Below are positions 40,204 to 51,071 of a stretch of DNA of 64,000 bases, piece after piece. The stretch spans positions 104,641 to 168,640 of the forward strand of contig CAVXWP010000013.1 in the NCBI GenBank assembly GCA_963765495.1, read 5' to 3'. Under the pieces are notes generated by a model. The model did not search any database, was not told the DNA's origin, and saw nothing but the letters and a program-made list of their open reading frames with translations. This DNA is from Blastocatellia bacterium (GTDB taxonomy: Bacteria > Acidobacteriota > Blastocatellia > UBA7656). The position numbers were made by a program, and so were the translations under genes. Each line of letters begins with the position of its first letter. The stretch's first letter is position 1.

Positions 40204-42690
40204 TTATCTGTTCACAAGCGCGGTTCGCAGCTTCTGCGCGGCTACAAGCAACAGCCCGCCAATCACACAAACCACAATCACTATGCGCCATTCGATGCCG
40301 CTCATCGGAGAAATCTCATAAAAGGTCCTTATCAAACGGACAAGCCTGTTGCCTGATTGCGAGCTCGCGGCCAGAAAGTAAACCAGTGTCATACAAGCGC
40401 CATACAGGATGTAAGTGCCTCGCCGTTTTCTGCCTCCTCCAACCGCAACGATTAAAAAGCTGAGAACCGATATGACGATCATGATCGAAAGCATCACCAT
40501 ATGCGCAACCTCAGAATCTACGCCCGACAGTCTGCCGCTTTCTCTGACAAGGTAACTTCCCACATATCCCGAGGCGACAATTACAAGGGCGGAAATCGCT
40601 ACAAAAGAGATCATATCCAGAACGAAGCGTTTAGGCCGGTCTGTGTTTGAATTGGTCAAAGCGATTATCATGGCCGGCAGCCCGATGGCAAAGATATTGA
40701 TCAGGGATACTCTTCGAGGGGTCAGAGGGAAATCCCACAGCAAAAGGGCAGAGATGAGCGTCAGGTATACGACCATGAAATTCTTTGTCAAAAACAGTTT
40801 GGCCACAGACCCTACGGTGTTGATGATCTTCTTGCCTTCCTCAAACACTTCGGGCAAAAGGGTAAACCGGTTCTCAAGCAAAATAATGTCGGCCACCTCT
40901 TTGGTTATGGAGGCCCCCTCATCCATTGCCAGGCCGAGGTCCGCCTGCTTAATGGCCGGCACGTCGTTGACCCCGTCTCCGATCATTGCCGTGTGAATAT
41001 TGCTGGCTCTCAGCGCCTTGATGATCTTCACTTTGTGCTCGGGTTTCAATCTGGCAAAGACTACCCTTTTATCAACTATCCGGGCTAGCTGCTCTGCTTC
41101 GAGTGCGTCGAGATCAGCGCCTGTTATTATATCTTCATCGGTAACATTCCATCCGATGTCGCGGCACGTTGCAAGTATCGAGGTTGCCGAATCACCGGAA
41201 AGAATCTTGAATCTGATTCCCTCGGGTTCGAGCCCCTTTATTACATCGCATACATCCGTGCGTACGGTATCGCTCAGCGACACCACGCATAATGGATTGA
41301 CTCGAATAAGACCCAGGTTATCCGAGCGCCGGTCAATTGCTTCAGGATTTACAAGCACGCCAAATAAGAGGTTGCGGTAAACATCGAGCTTCGCTTTCGA
41401 GAAAATCTCGAGCGACATTTCGCGGGCTTCGTCGTGGCAATGATCCATGATCACTTCAAAAGCGCCAAGCACATACACGACCTCCTGCCCTCGGCTCGTA
41501 ATGCTCAGGGCGCTCATTTTTCTTTGAGAGCTAAACGGCACTTCATAGGCTGCCTGACAAAGAGAGTCCGCCTTGAATGACTCCAGGGCTCGAATGGTCG
41601 CGTTCTTATCCGACGAGAGCCGGGCATAAGTTCCGAGAAGGTTCTCAATCGCATCAGATGACAGGTCTTCGGCAAGCGTGGTGACTTCGCGCACGGTCAT
41701 ACGATTTTGCGTAAGCGTCCCCGTCTTATCCATGCAAATTACTTCTACGTTGGCGAATGATTCTACGGCATTGAACGCCTGAACGATGGCTCCGACCTTG
41801 CTGATACGGTAAACGCCTATGGCAAACGTCACAGAGGCCATCAGGACCAGCCCCTGAGGGACCAGGCCGATAAGAATAGTGGCAAGCCTTCTCGCAAAAT
41901 CGGCATCAACCTGTTTCTGGTAAATGCTTCTTGAGCCTTCAAGCAGACACAGCAACAGGGCAACGACAAACAGGATCATCACAATGCGATTGATATGCCG
42001 CTGTAAGGGGCTTACGGCGATCTTGAGTTGCTGGGCGGACCGCGTGAGTTTCGCGGCATAGCTGCTGTCGCTTAACTCGGTCACGACATAATAGCCGTTT
42101 CCCGAAAGACAGAAACTGCCGGAAAGAATAGTATCGCCCTTCACCTTTTCAACCGGGACCGACTCGCCCGTCAACAGTGATTCATCGATCTCCATGTGAT
42201 TTGAGTATATTACTCTTCCATCGACGACAGCCTGATCACCCCTTTTTACAGCGATGACATCATCAAGAACTATCTGATCCTGCGGGATACTTGAGACCGT
42301 GCCGTCTCTTAAGATTCCGACTTCCCTCGTCAGCAACATGTTCACTTTATCGAGCGCCAGCTTTGCTTTGATTTCCTGAAAGATGGCGATGGCGGTGTTA
42401 AAGAGAGCTATCGAGAATACGCCGACGGCATCAAGCAGCAGGCGGCCGTCCCGCGTTCCGACATAGAAGGCAAGAAGAAATAAGACAATAAGACCGATAA
42501 TTACATTGAATACCGATACGATGTTGTCGAAGAAGATGCGGCGGATGTTCTTTGTAGCCGATTGAGGCGGTCTGTTGTATTGGCCGGCCTCAAATCTTCG
42601 GGCAACCTCGTCCGAACTGAGCCCCCTTACCGCAGCCCCCACCGGGCCTTCTCCGCTTTGTGCTGCGCCGATGCGCAAGCCTTCTTTCAT
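40204..42690 (-). CDS. Cation-transporting P-type ATPase (HAD-IC)
   Basis: LTGES, DKTGTLT, SGD, MIGDGVND; PQGL in TM4. Confidence 0.93.
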   Translation of the reverse strand: MKEGLRIGAAQSGEGPVGAAVRGLSSDEVARRFEAGQYNRPPQSATKNIRRIFFDNIVSVFNVIIGLIVLFLLAFYVGTRDGRLLLDAVGVFSIALFNTAIAIFQEIKAKLALDKVNMLLTREVGILRDGTVSSIPQDQIVLDDVIAVKRGDQAVVDGRVIYSNHMEIDESLLTGESVPVEKVKGDTILSGSFCLSGNGYYVVTELSDSSYAAKLTRSAQQLKIAVSPLQRHINRIVMILFVVALLLCLLEGSRSIYQKQVDADFARRLATILIGLVPQGLVLMASVTFAIGVYRISKVGAIVQAFNAVESFANVEVICMDKTGTLTQNRMTVREVTTLAEDLSSDAIENLLGTYARLSSDKNATIRALESFKADSLCQAAYEVPFSSQRKMSALSITSRGQEVVYVLGAFEVIMDHCHDEAREMSLEIFSKAKLDVYRNLLFGVLVNPEAIDRRSDNLGLIRVNPLCVVSLSDTVRTDVCDVIKGLEPEGIRFKILSGDSATSILATCRDIGWNVTDEDIITGADLDALEAEQLARIVDKRVVFARLKPEHKVKIIKALRASNIHTAMIGDGVNDVPAIKQADLGLAMDEGASITKEVADIILLENRFTLLPEVFEEGKKIINTVGSVAKLFLTKNFMVVYLTLISALLLWDFPLTPRRVSLINIFAIGLPAMIIALTNSNTDRPKRFVLDMISFVAISALVIVASGYVGSYLVRESGRLSGVDSEVAHMVMLSIMIVISVLSFLIVAVGGGRKRRGTYILYGACMTLVYFLAASSQSGNRLVRLIRTFYEISPMSGIEWRIVIVVCVIGGLLLVAAQKLRTALVNR

Positions 42691-42846
42691 GATATTTGTT
42701 ATCTCCTGTCGCAGTGAAAACCCTGAGAATCAAGATCAGCAAAAAGCGATCTCGAAAGGCGACGAGGCGAGCGTTATGCCCGGGCGCGTATTCAATCACT
42801 GCCGCCTTCGAGAAACTATACTGGTGGGGATCGGGCTATAAAAGCC

Positions 42847-43875
42847 TCAATTGCTTGTGGACATCAGCAAGACGCCGTCGGTAGCCATTGCGGTCAATTG
42901 CTCTTCGGCGTGCTCGCGCAGTTGAGCGGGCGTCATACGCACCATCTGTTCGAGCGTGTATGCGGCAAGCACTCGTCTGGTGACTTCGTATCCGAGCAGG
43001 TATCCGCCGCGCAGAGGCACATCACCTGTGGGCGAGTTTGTAAACCATTGCTCATAGAGATCGGGGGGGGCGTCGTCTGCGATTATCCCAAGATAACGCT
43101 GCGAGCTTACGACGAGGTCTTCTTCCTGAGCGGCAAATTCCGAGCTCGAAAAATGCAGATATAGCTCGCCCGGCTGAAAAGGATAGACCGCCTCGGCTCC
43201 GGCAACGGCCATGCCTTCGATCATCAAGGGCATGTGAGCCGTGCGAATCTCATCAAGCGAAGGTTGTTGAAAGAGAAATCCGAAATGATAAAGATGAAAA
43301 AATTCGTGACTGAGCGCCACAAGCAGTTGTTTCTCCGAATAATCCGCAAGCACATCGGCACCAAGGCACAGAGTGTCGGGAATGCCTTCTTCGTTTTGAA
43401 CGGGTCTGACAGAACCGTCAAAGCTGAACATGCTCAAGCCTATGTAAATATCTTTCTGCTGCCGGTATTCGGGAAAGCGCGATTTGAAATAGACGAGCGC
43501 CCTGACCAGATTATACTTAGCTTCCAAATTGAACTTGCGAATCCCTTCAATGCGCTCCGGCACGCGCAGGAGGAACTCTTCAAGCATCAATCGTCGCTGT
43601 TCGGGGTCGGCGTGGCGATAGACAGCCCGCTCGAAATAATCTTTATGTGGTCTTTCGACCATCCTCCTCCAGAGTCGCTGCTGGCGTTTGGAATTGAGGT
43701 CTTTAGCCAGATCCCAGAAGGCCAGAAAATCATCCACCACGTTTATGATTTCGTGCCCGTCAAGCAGACTGCTCAGCCCCGAGCGGTCAATCGGCTGATT
43801 GGGGCGGGCAAAAGAAAGCTGTCCTGAAACAAGGATGACAATAACGGCGAGAGCTAGTTTTTTTAATCCCGGCAT
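42847..43875 (-). CDS. Exported putative Zn-dependent protease (DUF2268-like)
   Basis: Signal peptide; HEFFH, EGMA, GYLLGY. Confidence 0.7.
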   Translation of the reverse strand: MPGLKKLALAVIVILVSGQLSFARPNQPIDRSGLSSLLDGHEIINVVDDFLAFWDLAKDLNSKRQQRLWRRMVERPHKDYFERAVYRHADPEQRRLMLEEFLLRVPERIEGIRKFNLEAKYNLVRALVYFKSRFPEYRQQKDIYIGLSMFSFDGSVRPVQNEEGIPDTLCLGADVLADYSEKQLLVALSHEFFHLYHFGFLFQQPSLDEIRTAHMPLMIEGMAVAGAEAVYPFQPGELYLHFSSSEFAAQEEDLVVSSQRYLGIIADDAPPDLYEQWFTNSPTGDVPLRGGYLLGYEVTRRVLAAYTLEQMVRMTPAQLREHAEEQLTAMATDGVLLMSTSN

Positions 43876-44109
43876 CTGCTTGTTCCTTATTCCACTCTGT
43901 CAGAGCGAACCCGAATGAATAAGAACACAACCCTCGACATCAGGGCTGCTCGCTGCTCGGAGGAAGCCGCCGGCAAACCTACCGGAGCTATCACTGTGAA
44001 CGCGCGGAGCGGACAAAAGTTGCAGCCTCATTACTTTAAAACAGATTAATGGAAACTCAAACGGTAATCTTGCTGCCCGGCATCTTGCGCCCCGTTCAGG
44101 GCGAACAGT

Positions 44110-47100
44110 TCAGGGGGTCAATCGCTCGTAGAATTCGAATTCGGCCTCGGCCTCGCCCAGTTTGCCAAGCCTGCGATAGGCTTTGCTCAGATAATAATGG
44201 GCCAGAGCATGATCGGATTTGATCGTGAGCGCCCGTCTTAATTCGTCAATCGCGCGATAGGTCATCGGATCGTCAAGCGAGCGTTCGGCCATCACTTCAT
44301 AGGCCGAGCCAAGCTGGAAATGGCCCTCCGCGTCCGAGGGGGCAAGCCGCACATACTCTTCAAACATCTGCGCCGCCTCTTGATAAAGGCCGAGTGGCAC
44401 CAGGGCGGTCCCGAAATTCAGATAGAAAGTCTGGATGCTGCGCGCATACCGGGCATCGGGCAGAACCTTGCGATATTCGATCACGGCGCGTGCGCTGTCG
44501 CCCGTAGCTTGATAGGCAAGCCCGCGCAGGTGATGAGCGCGCGTGTTTTCGGGTTCTACTTTCAGCGCGTGGTCGAGAAAGGGCGCGGCGCGCAACGGTT
44601 CCTGCTTTGTCAAATAGAGCTTGCCGAGATTGATCAGCGTATAGAAATGATCGGCGTCGAGTTCCAGGGCGCGCTGCCATTCGCTGACAGCCCTCTCCTC
44701 ATCGCCCCCGGCAAAGCGGAGTTCGCCCAGCACGCTTCGCGCTTTCGCCGTCTCGAACGTGTCGAGCGAATAGGCGATAAACTGTTCAGCCCGACCCGTG
44801 TCCTCACGCTTTATTGCCGAGAGCGCGGCTTCGGTCAGAAGATCGGCCGTCGCGCGCTCGTATTCGTTTACGCCGTCCAGATAAGGCAGAGGCGATCCGG
44901 CAGCCGCAAGCAACTGCTCGACGTTGCGCTCAACCGTCTCTTCGGTAGTGCCTACGTGACGGGGCGCGCTGAATTCTATCAGCGCGTTGTCGTCGGTATT
45001 GATCGGAGCGCCGGATGAAAACCGCCGAACCTCGTCAGTGCCCAGATAAAATCGCGAGACAAGATCGCTGGCCTCGGATATGTTTATGCGCCTGAGTGTG
45101 GCGGCCACCTTCTCATCCTCAAGGTGAGATTCGATTGAATCGCGATTCAGCCGCAGGGGGCTGTTGCTGCCTAAAAGCATCAGATCGCCTTCGGCCCCGC
45201 GAAAGATTTGCACGTGTGGAAAAGCGGCGTGAAACGTGGCCACGAGCGCCCTCACATCTTCGGGCGGCATCTCGTATATCTGCAACCACTGGCTGAAGAC
45301 GCCGCCGTCTTTAAGCCTCTCAGCACCACGCTTGAAATACTCCAGCGTAAACAGATTTGCCACTCCCGTCACCCACGGATTCGACGGCTCTGAAACTATC
45401 ACATCGAATTTTTCGGTGGTCGTATAGATGTAGTTGCGCCCGTCGTTGGCAATCAGGCGCAACCGGCTGTCTTCGAGCGGGCGGTTGTTCACATCATCAA
45501 AATAGTGCGAGGCTTCAATCACCGCTGGTTCAAGCTCCACGCAGGTGACGCGATTGATTGGAAACTGCTCGATGGCCCCAAGCGTTATGCCGCTGCCGAG
45601 TCCGACTACAAGCACATCGTCGGTTTGCCTTCGCGTAAGCAGAGGGAGCGCGCCTATCAAAATCTGGGTAGGCATATCGCCTGCGGTCGAGGCTTCGGGC
45701 TTGCCGTTTACCTTCAGAATGCGATGCCCGCCCTGCTTCTGAACTATGACCGTTGCCGTGAGCCCTTCTTTATAATATGCGGTCTCGCCCTGCCCGTGTT
45801 TGAGGTATTCGGAAAACTCCTGCCGACTCAGCTTCGCAAGCGAAGGCGCATAACGATAGACGGCGCTCGACATCACGTCGGAATCCCAGGGCGGATCGAA
45901 AATAATCACCGCAAGCACGAGCACACAGGAAAGAGCGGCCCACAACCATTCTCGCCCTCGATATGCGCCTTTCCATTTCGCCTTCGACCCGACCGCCCCG
46001 TCATCGCTTTTCCCGCTCCACATGTTGATGACGAGAAGCGCTGCGGCCACTAGGAAATTGAGAGACACGCAAACCTTCAAACTGCCGAGCAAACCGAGCC
46101 ATGGTATCAATATGAACCCGCTCGCGAAGGACCCCGCGATAGCGCCTACGGTGTTTGCCGCGTAAGCGTCGCCCACCATACGGCCCGCGGCCTGCCCGCC
46201 AGCGCGAGCCGATACGACTCTTACTACCAGCGGGAACAGCGCGCCAAGCATCAGCGTAGGCACGATCATCACAAAAGACGCGATCAGAAACCTGATGAGA
46301 AGCAACACGGTGAAGGCCGAACCTTCGAACCACTTATAGACCTGCACGAAGACATAAGGCAGATCGTTGAAGAGATAGGCGCCGATCAAAGATGTAAGGC
46401 CGACGCCAATTTCAATCAAGGCAAAGGCGAAAACAGGTCGAGGGATTCTGTCTGCGACGCGCGCCGAGAGGCTGGCTCCAAGCGCGATGCCAGTAAGAAA
46501 AGTCGTCAGCATTATGCTGAAGGCATAAACGGAAGAGCCTATGATCAGGGCCAGCACACGGCTCCAGATCACCTCATATGACAGGGCCACAAACCCGCTG
46601 AGCGCAAACCCCACGAGCACCGCTATCAATTGCCCGCGTCCGAGCGGCTCTACCTGAATCGGGGAGACGTCCCCGCTAGAGCGGCCTTTTCTTTGACCGT
46701 TTGCCTGTCTTCTGTTTCGGCGCTGGCTCAACAGCGCGAAAGGCCACGCAAAGACTGTCTTTCGCTCACGCCGCCTCTCGCTGCGTTTTTCCGTAAAGCG
46801 AGTCTCTTCCGCAATCTGATCAGGAGAATAATTTGTTTGATCCGAAGAGCCGGTTTCCAGCCTGCGCGAGAGCGCGAGCGCCACGGCCCCGAGAATCAAA
46901 TTTATACCCGCGGCAGTACTGGTAGTGGCTTGCATGCCAAGCACCGGGATCAAAAGAAATCCCGTGGACGCCGCGCCGATGACCGCTCCAAATGTGTTGA
47001 TCGAGTAAAGCGAGCCTACGCGAAAGCCTATGCGGCTCAGGTCGCGCGCATAGTAACTTGAAAGCACCGGCAGAGTAGCGCCCATAAGCGCTGTCGGCAG

Positions 47101-47508
47101 AATCAGGACAAGCGCCGCAAATAAAAATCTGACCACGCTCAAAGCAAAAAACGACAGATGGAGTTCCTGATATATCGGCTGATAAACCTTAGGAAGAACA
47201 GAAAAAATTATAGGGACCGCAAGCCCGTAAAGACCTATTCCGAGTTCAAGCAGCCCGTAAAGACGGAGCGGGCGATTGATCTTTTCCGACCGCCGGCCAA
47301 AGGCGAAACTCCCAAGCGCAAGTCCGCCCATAAAGGCCGTGAGCACAGTGCTCACAGCGAAGGTCGTAGCTCCAAAGATGAGGACAAGCTCTCGGGCCCA
47401 GATCACCTGGTAGACCAGGCCGCTCATCCCGGAAGCGAAAAAGCACAGCAATATGGTCCATACTGCCTTGCGCTGTTGATTGCTGCTAACTGCTTTAGAT
47501 AAGGCCAT
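44110..47508 (-). CDS. Fused MFS-like membrane domain / spermidine-synthase-like SAM domain / TPR protein
   Basis: FASGMSGLVYQVIW, LMGATLP, VGLGSG, VELEP, DGRN, DVIVSEPSNPW; C-terminal TPRs. Confidence 0.9.
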   Translation of the reverse strand: MALSKAVSSNQQRKAVWTILLCFFASGMSGLVYQVIWARELVLIFGATTFAVSTVLTAFMGGLALGSFAFGRRSEKINRPLRLYGLLELGIGLYGLAVPIIFSVLPKVYQPIYQELHLSFFALSVVRFLFAALVLILPTALMGATLPVLSSYYARDLSRIGFRVGSLYSINTFGAVIGAASTGFLLIPVLGMQATTSTAAGINLILGAVALALSRRLETGSSDQTNYSPDQIAEETRFTEKRSERRRERKTVFAWPFALLSQRRNRRQANGQRKGRSSGDVSPIQVEPLGRGQLIAVLVGFALSGFVALSYEVIWSRVLALIIGSSVYAFSIMLTTFLTGIALGASLSARVADRIPRPVFAFALIEIGVGLTSLIGAYLFNDLPYVFVQVYKWFEGSAFTVLLLIRFLIASFVMIVPTLMLGALFPLVVRVVSARAGGQAAGRMVGDAYAANTVGAIAGSFASGFILIPWLGLLGSLKVCVSLNFLVAAALLVINMWSGKSDDGAVGSKAKWKGAYRGREWLWAALSCVLVLAVIIFDPPWDSDVMSSAVYRYAPSLAKLSRQEFSEYLKHGQGETAYYKEGLTATVIVQKQGGHRILKVNGKPEASTAGDMPTQILIGALPLLTRRQTDDVLVVGLGSGITLGAIEQFPINRVTCVELEPAVIEASHYFDDVNNRPLEDSRLRLIANDGRNYIYTTTEKFDVIVSEPSNPWVTGVANLFTLEYFKRGAERLKDGGVFSQWLQIYEMPPEDVRALVATFHAAFPHVQIFRGAEGDLMLLGSNSPLRLNRDSIESHLEDEKVAATLRRINISEASDLVSRFYLGTDEVRRFSSGAPINTDDNALIEFSAPRHVGTTEETVERNVEQLLAAAGSPLPYLDGVNEYERATADLLTEAALSAIKREDTGRAEQFIAYSLDTFETAKARSVLGELRFAGGDEERAVSEWQRALELDADHFYTLINLGKLYLTKQEPLRAAPFLDHALKVEPENTRAHHLRGLAYQATGDSARAVIEYRKVLPDARYARSIQTFYLNFGTALVPLGLYQEAAQMFEEYVRLAPSDAEGHFQLGSAYEVMAERSLDDPMTYRAIDELRRALTIKSDHALAHYYLSKAYRRLGKLGEAEAEFEFYERLTP

Positions 47509-47845
47509 CCGGTATAAAAAAACAAACAAGAATTAGAGCGTGAAATCCACTGTGGCCACAAAGGGCCGTCGACATTGCACGGGCCACGGTTTCAGATGCC
47601 TTGTTGGGCCTGAAACTATGGCATCCGTGTCGGGCTGAAAGCGACCTCCTCTACTATTTTTGCAGACAGCCCTCACAGGTGACAAGCCGCAGACAGTTTC
47701 AGGGAGAAGATATGGACATTCAGGTTGTGATACGGTATTTTCATGCTACGAATAAAGGTGATTGACAGATAGCGAAGCGAGGCAGATCGCTCGGGTAAGA
47801 ATTAATATCTGGAAGTTACCTGCGAGACCGATTTTAGAATCAGAT

Positions 47846-47890
47846 AAGGCGGCGTAGCTCAGGTGGTTAGAGCGTGGGATTCATAATCCC
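47846..47890 (+). other. 5'-half tRNA-Met fragment (attachment-site direct repeat)
   Basis: 41 bp (47846-47886) identical to 55421-55461; similarity ends after the anticodon arm, with no T arm or acceptor 3' strand. Confidence 0.9.
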
Positions 47891-48452
47891 GATACTTCGC
47901 CTTCCTTCCTGTTCTATCTAATCTTATAACCTTCTATTTACTGCGATTTGCAGCCAGCCGCGTAGTAGTGGATTTCGATAGATTTCTATGACTTTCTATA
48001 AAAGTTTGCCACAAATATGCCACACGCTTTCTCGATCTAAGTTTCGGCACGCCACACAATAGGCGCTTGTGATCTTTGAAGGCCAATGTCTGGCGGAGCG
48101 CATCAAGTGTGGGCGACCTAATTGCCGGTGTGCGAGGGGACAGCTTCACGGTCCCTACTTCTACCGATGCTGGACACAGAACGGGCAAAGGCGGAAGGTC
48201 TAGTGCGGAAGCGTGATGTCTCAGCCGTCAGAGCCGCTTGTGATGTTTATCGCTCCGAGAGAAGGCTTCTCCGACTTGAACGACAGGTGGTTACTCAACA
48301 GATTCGCCGGTTACTCGACAAAGAAGGGCGGGGCCAAAACCGGCGAGAATGATCCGGTTGATCGCCTCCCTCAACGGTAGCGACAACGCTACGACCCTAG
48401 CCACTCTACACCCTGGGACATTCATCAGCTACGCACAGATCGGCCCGGCAAG

Positions 48453-48629
48453 TATGGGGATCTGCCGATTATAGTCGGCCTTATCTCTTTCACCTTAACG
48501 ATGCTAGCAATTAAAGCGGGCGCGATAGACCTTATGGAGCCTTCGTTTCACTGGCAGGAGCGAACCAGGAAGAAGCGTAGCGGCACGATCCGCGAATCGG
48601 TCACGCATATGACCAATTCGCGGATCTGA
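48453..48629 (+). pseudogene. Degenerate receiver-domain (FixJ-like) remnant
   Basis: Translates as DLPII...AIKAGAIDLMEP.F, resembling receiver beta4-alpha4-beta5; no N-terminal part. Confidence 0.4.
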
Positions 48630-48643
48630 TCAATGGCGCGCGG

Positions 48644-50662
48644 CTAATCGGGCAGGCCGATGCGTCGCATCAATTGCGAAAATCTGGGGTCTGAGCGCAA
48701 GGGGTCAAATTCCGCAGACGTCTTGGCGATCACGATCTCTGCCGCATGCTCTGTGCAAGCAATCTCCAACCACTTGAAGGCTTCTTCTTTATCCCCCAGC
48801 AAGGTATAAAACCATGCCACTGAGATCGGCGGGCAACGGCCTGTGGCCCCCCGCTTCGTTAATAATCCGTCAAGCTCTTTTTGATAGATGCCTCTCAGCC
48901 CCTTTTCTCTGTATGCCTTTCGATAAGCCGCGACCCGCGCAGCGCTCTCGCCATTGAGCGCCATCGCCTTGAGGTATTCATCAAGCGATTCTTCCGCGCG
49001 GCCCTCTATATGATAAGCGGTTGCAAGAAGCAGGTGCGCATTGGCAAAGCTGGGATCCATCTCGACGACTTTCAAGGCTTGTTCAATCGCTTCCGCCTGG
49101 CGACCGGCACTCGAAAGAATGAATGCTACATCGGTGTTGATCACCATATTCAACGGGTCAATCGCCTGCGCCTGTTTGATGGCTGCAAGAGCTTCATCGT
49201 TCCGCCCCATCAACAGCAGATGAAACGCATAAACATGATGCGCCCGCGCCAGTCTCGGATTGAGCGCCAGCGCATGCTCAATCTCTTGTTCAGTGCCTGA
49301 CCAGTTCCAATCCAGTTGATAGGCATTGGCCAGCGCCGTGTGCGCTTCGGCAAGCTGATCGTCAATTTCGACCGCCCGCAACGCCGCCGCTGTGGCTTTC
49401 GGCAAGACGGCTTTGGAATCAAACGGCACGTGCCAGATGCCTTGAATGTAGCTGTCGGCCAGTCCCGCATAGGCCAGCGCATAATTCGGATCGATGGCAA
49501 TGGCATGCTCAAAGTAATCGATGCTGCGCAGGATGCCGTCAGAGGTGCGCTTGTTCCAGTAATAGCGGCCTTTCAGGTAAGCCTGATAAGCCTCGATGTT
49601 GCTCGTGTAGCGCTTCGCCGCTTCGGCCTCGCCGCAAAATTTGACGCGCAGCCCGGCAGCCACGCTACAGGCAATCTCATCTTGAACTGCAAGAATATCC
49701 TTGAGGGCGCGGTTGTAACTGTCGCTTGTCCAGATGATGCTGCCATCCCTGGTGTTGACCAGGCGCACATCGACACACACACTGTCGCCGCTCTGTCGCA
49801 CGCTGCCTTCAAGAACCGCCGCGACATCAAGCCGATGACCGATTTCTCGCGGATCAATAGCCTGGCCTTTGAAGGTGAAGACTGAATTGCTCGACACCAC
49901 CCGCAAGCCGTCGATCTTCGCTAGCTCGGTGATGAAGCTTTCGGTCAGCCCGTCGCTGAAATACTCATTCGCCGCGTCGTCCGAAAGATTTTTCAACGGC
50001 AACACGGCAATCGATTGAATGGGCAATGCCTCGACTGTGCTGCCGCGCGCTTCAGAAAAGATCGAGCGATGGCGCACCGCGGGCCCGCCGAGCAGTGCAG
50101 CCACAGCAATGATAAAGACAGCCACCAGCGCCGGGATATTGCGCCGCCACTTCACCCGCGCCGCGCCTGCTGGTTGTCCCGATGGGCTTGCCGAAACCGA
50201 TTCTGCGCCTAGCCAATGCGCAGCAGCCGTTGCCTCGCCGTCCGGCAGAATTTCGATAGTCTCTTCTTCGATGATGACCTTGAAGCCGCGCTCCTTTTCG
50301 ACTTCGACGAACCGGGCTTCGGGCGCATGCGAAAAGCTCTCTTCTAAAGGCCCGATGTAGCGATAACCTTTCGCCCATTGTGTTTCGATGAAGCGCGGCG
50401 TTTCCACCGTATCACCCATAACCTTGCGAATCGCGCCGACGCATTTGGTCAGGGTGTTTTCGTAAACCTCTTTGCCGTCCCAGAAGTGGTCGAGCAATTC
50501 CTTGCGGCTGACCATGCGGTCGCGGTTCTCAATCAAATGCAGCAAGACCAGGAACGGGCGATTGGCAAGATGCACGGCCCGGCCTTCGCGCGCGAGCCGC
50601 TTCTTACCCGGATCTAATGCGAATTCGCCTAAGAGATAGGTTTTTCTGACTTGAACTGCCAT
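48644..50662 (-). CDS. CadC/OmpR-type wHTH - TM - TolB-like - TPR transcriptional regulator
   Basis: FALDP...VSRKELLDHFW...IRKVMGD...FIET..KGYRY; SIAVLPLKNLS; AYQAYLKGRYYW; TPRs; FDPLRSDPRF. Confidence 0.92.
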   Translation of the reverse strand: MAVQVRKTYLLGEFALDPGKKRLAREGRAVHLANRPFLVLLHLIENRDRMVSRKELLDHFWDGKEVYENTLTKCVGAIRKVMGDTVETPRFIETQWAKGYRYIGPLEESFSHAPEARFVEVEKERGFKVIIEEETIEILPDGEATAAAHWLGAESVSASPSGQPAGAARVKWRRNIPALVAVFIIAVAALLGGPAVRHRSIFSEARGSTVEALPIQSIAVLPLKNLSDDAANEYFSDGLTESFITELAKIDGLRVVSSNSVFTFKGQAIDPREIGHRLDVAAVLEGSVRQSGDSVCVDVRLVNTRDGSIIWTSDSYNRALKDILAVQDEIACSVAAGLRVKFCGEAEAAKRYTSNIEAYQAYLKGRYYWNKRTSDGILRSIDYFEHAIAIDPNYALAYAGLADSYIQGIWHVPFDSKAVLPKATAAALRAVEIDDQLAEAHTALANAYQLDWNWSGTEQEIEHALALNPRLARAHHVYAFHLLLMGRNDEALAAIKQAQAIDPLNMVINTDVAFILSSAGRQAEAIEQALKVVEMDPSFANAHLLLATAYHIEGRAEESLDEYLKAMALNGESAARVAAYRKAYREKGLRGIYQKELDGLLTKRGATGRCPPISVAWFYTLLGDKEEAFKWLEIACTEHAAEIVIAKTSAEFDPLRSDPRFSQLMRRIGLPD

Positions 50663-50785
50663 AAACGACCTTCTGAGTTGCTGATGTCAGATTTATTTCA
50701 CTTTTTTTTCAGGACTCAACCCGGCGCTATCGAGTAGAAATCTGTTTGTAGCCGGATTGAATTTGTCGGATGGAGTTTAGCAGCT

Positions 50786-51067
50786 ATGGTTGCAATTATA
50801 AAGAGACGCCGGGTTGAGATCGTCGGTTTCGAGCGCGAGCGCATCATTGCTGCCCCGATGCAGATGCCGTGTCCGGTCTGCTGCTCGCCAAGCGAATTTC
50901 TGCCGACGCGCCAGGCGTGCAGCCTCGCGCAAGTCAAGCCGCAAAGCCTTTATCGCTGGCTCAGGCAAGGCAAAGCCCACGGCGTCAGAACGGCTGGCGG
51001 CGGGTATCGCATCTGCCGCAATTCGCTTTTTCACCTGCTCAATCCAGCCTTTTTGTCAAAGGAGTAA
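50786..51067 (+). CDS. Small Cys-motif / excisionase-like HTH protein
   Basis: CPVC, then FLPTRQACSLAQVKPQSLYRWLRQGK.H...GGYRIC; GGAG RBS. Confidence 0.7.
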   Translation: MVAIIKRRRVEIVGFERERIIAAPMQMPCPVCCSPSEFLPTRQACSLAQVKPQSLYRWLRQGKAHGVRTAGGGYRICRNSLFHLLNPAFLSKE

Positions 51068-51071
51068 CCTC

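Noticed and set aside
47848-47930. Second complete or intron-containing tRNA
   Set aside because: No T arm or acceptor 3' strand follows; the only 3' half belongs to the intact copy, which has its own 5' half.
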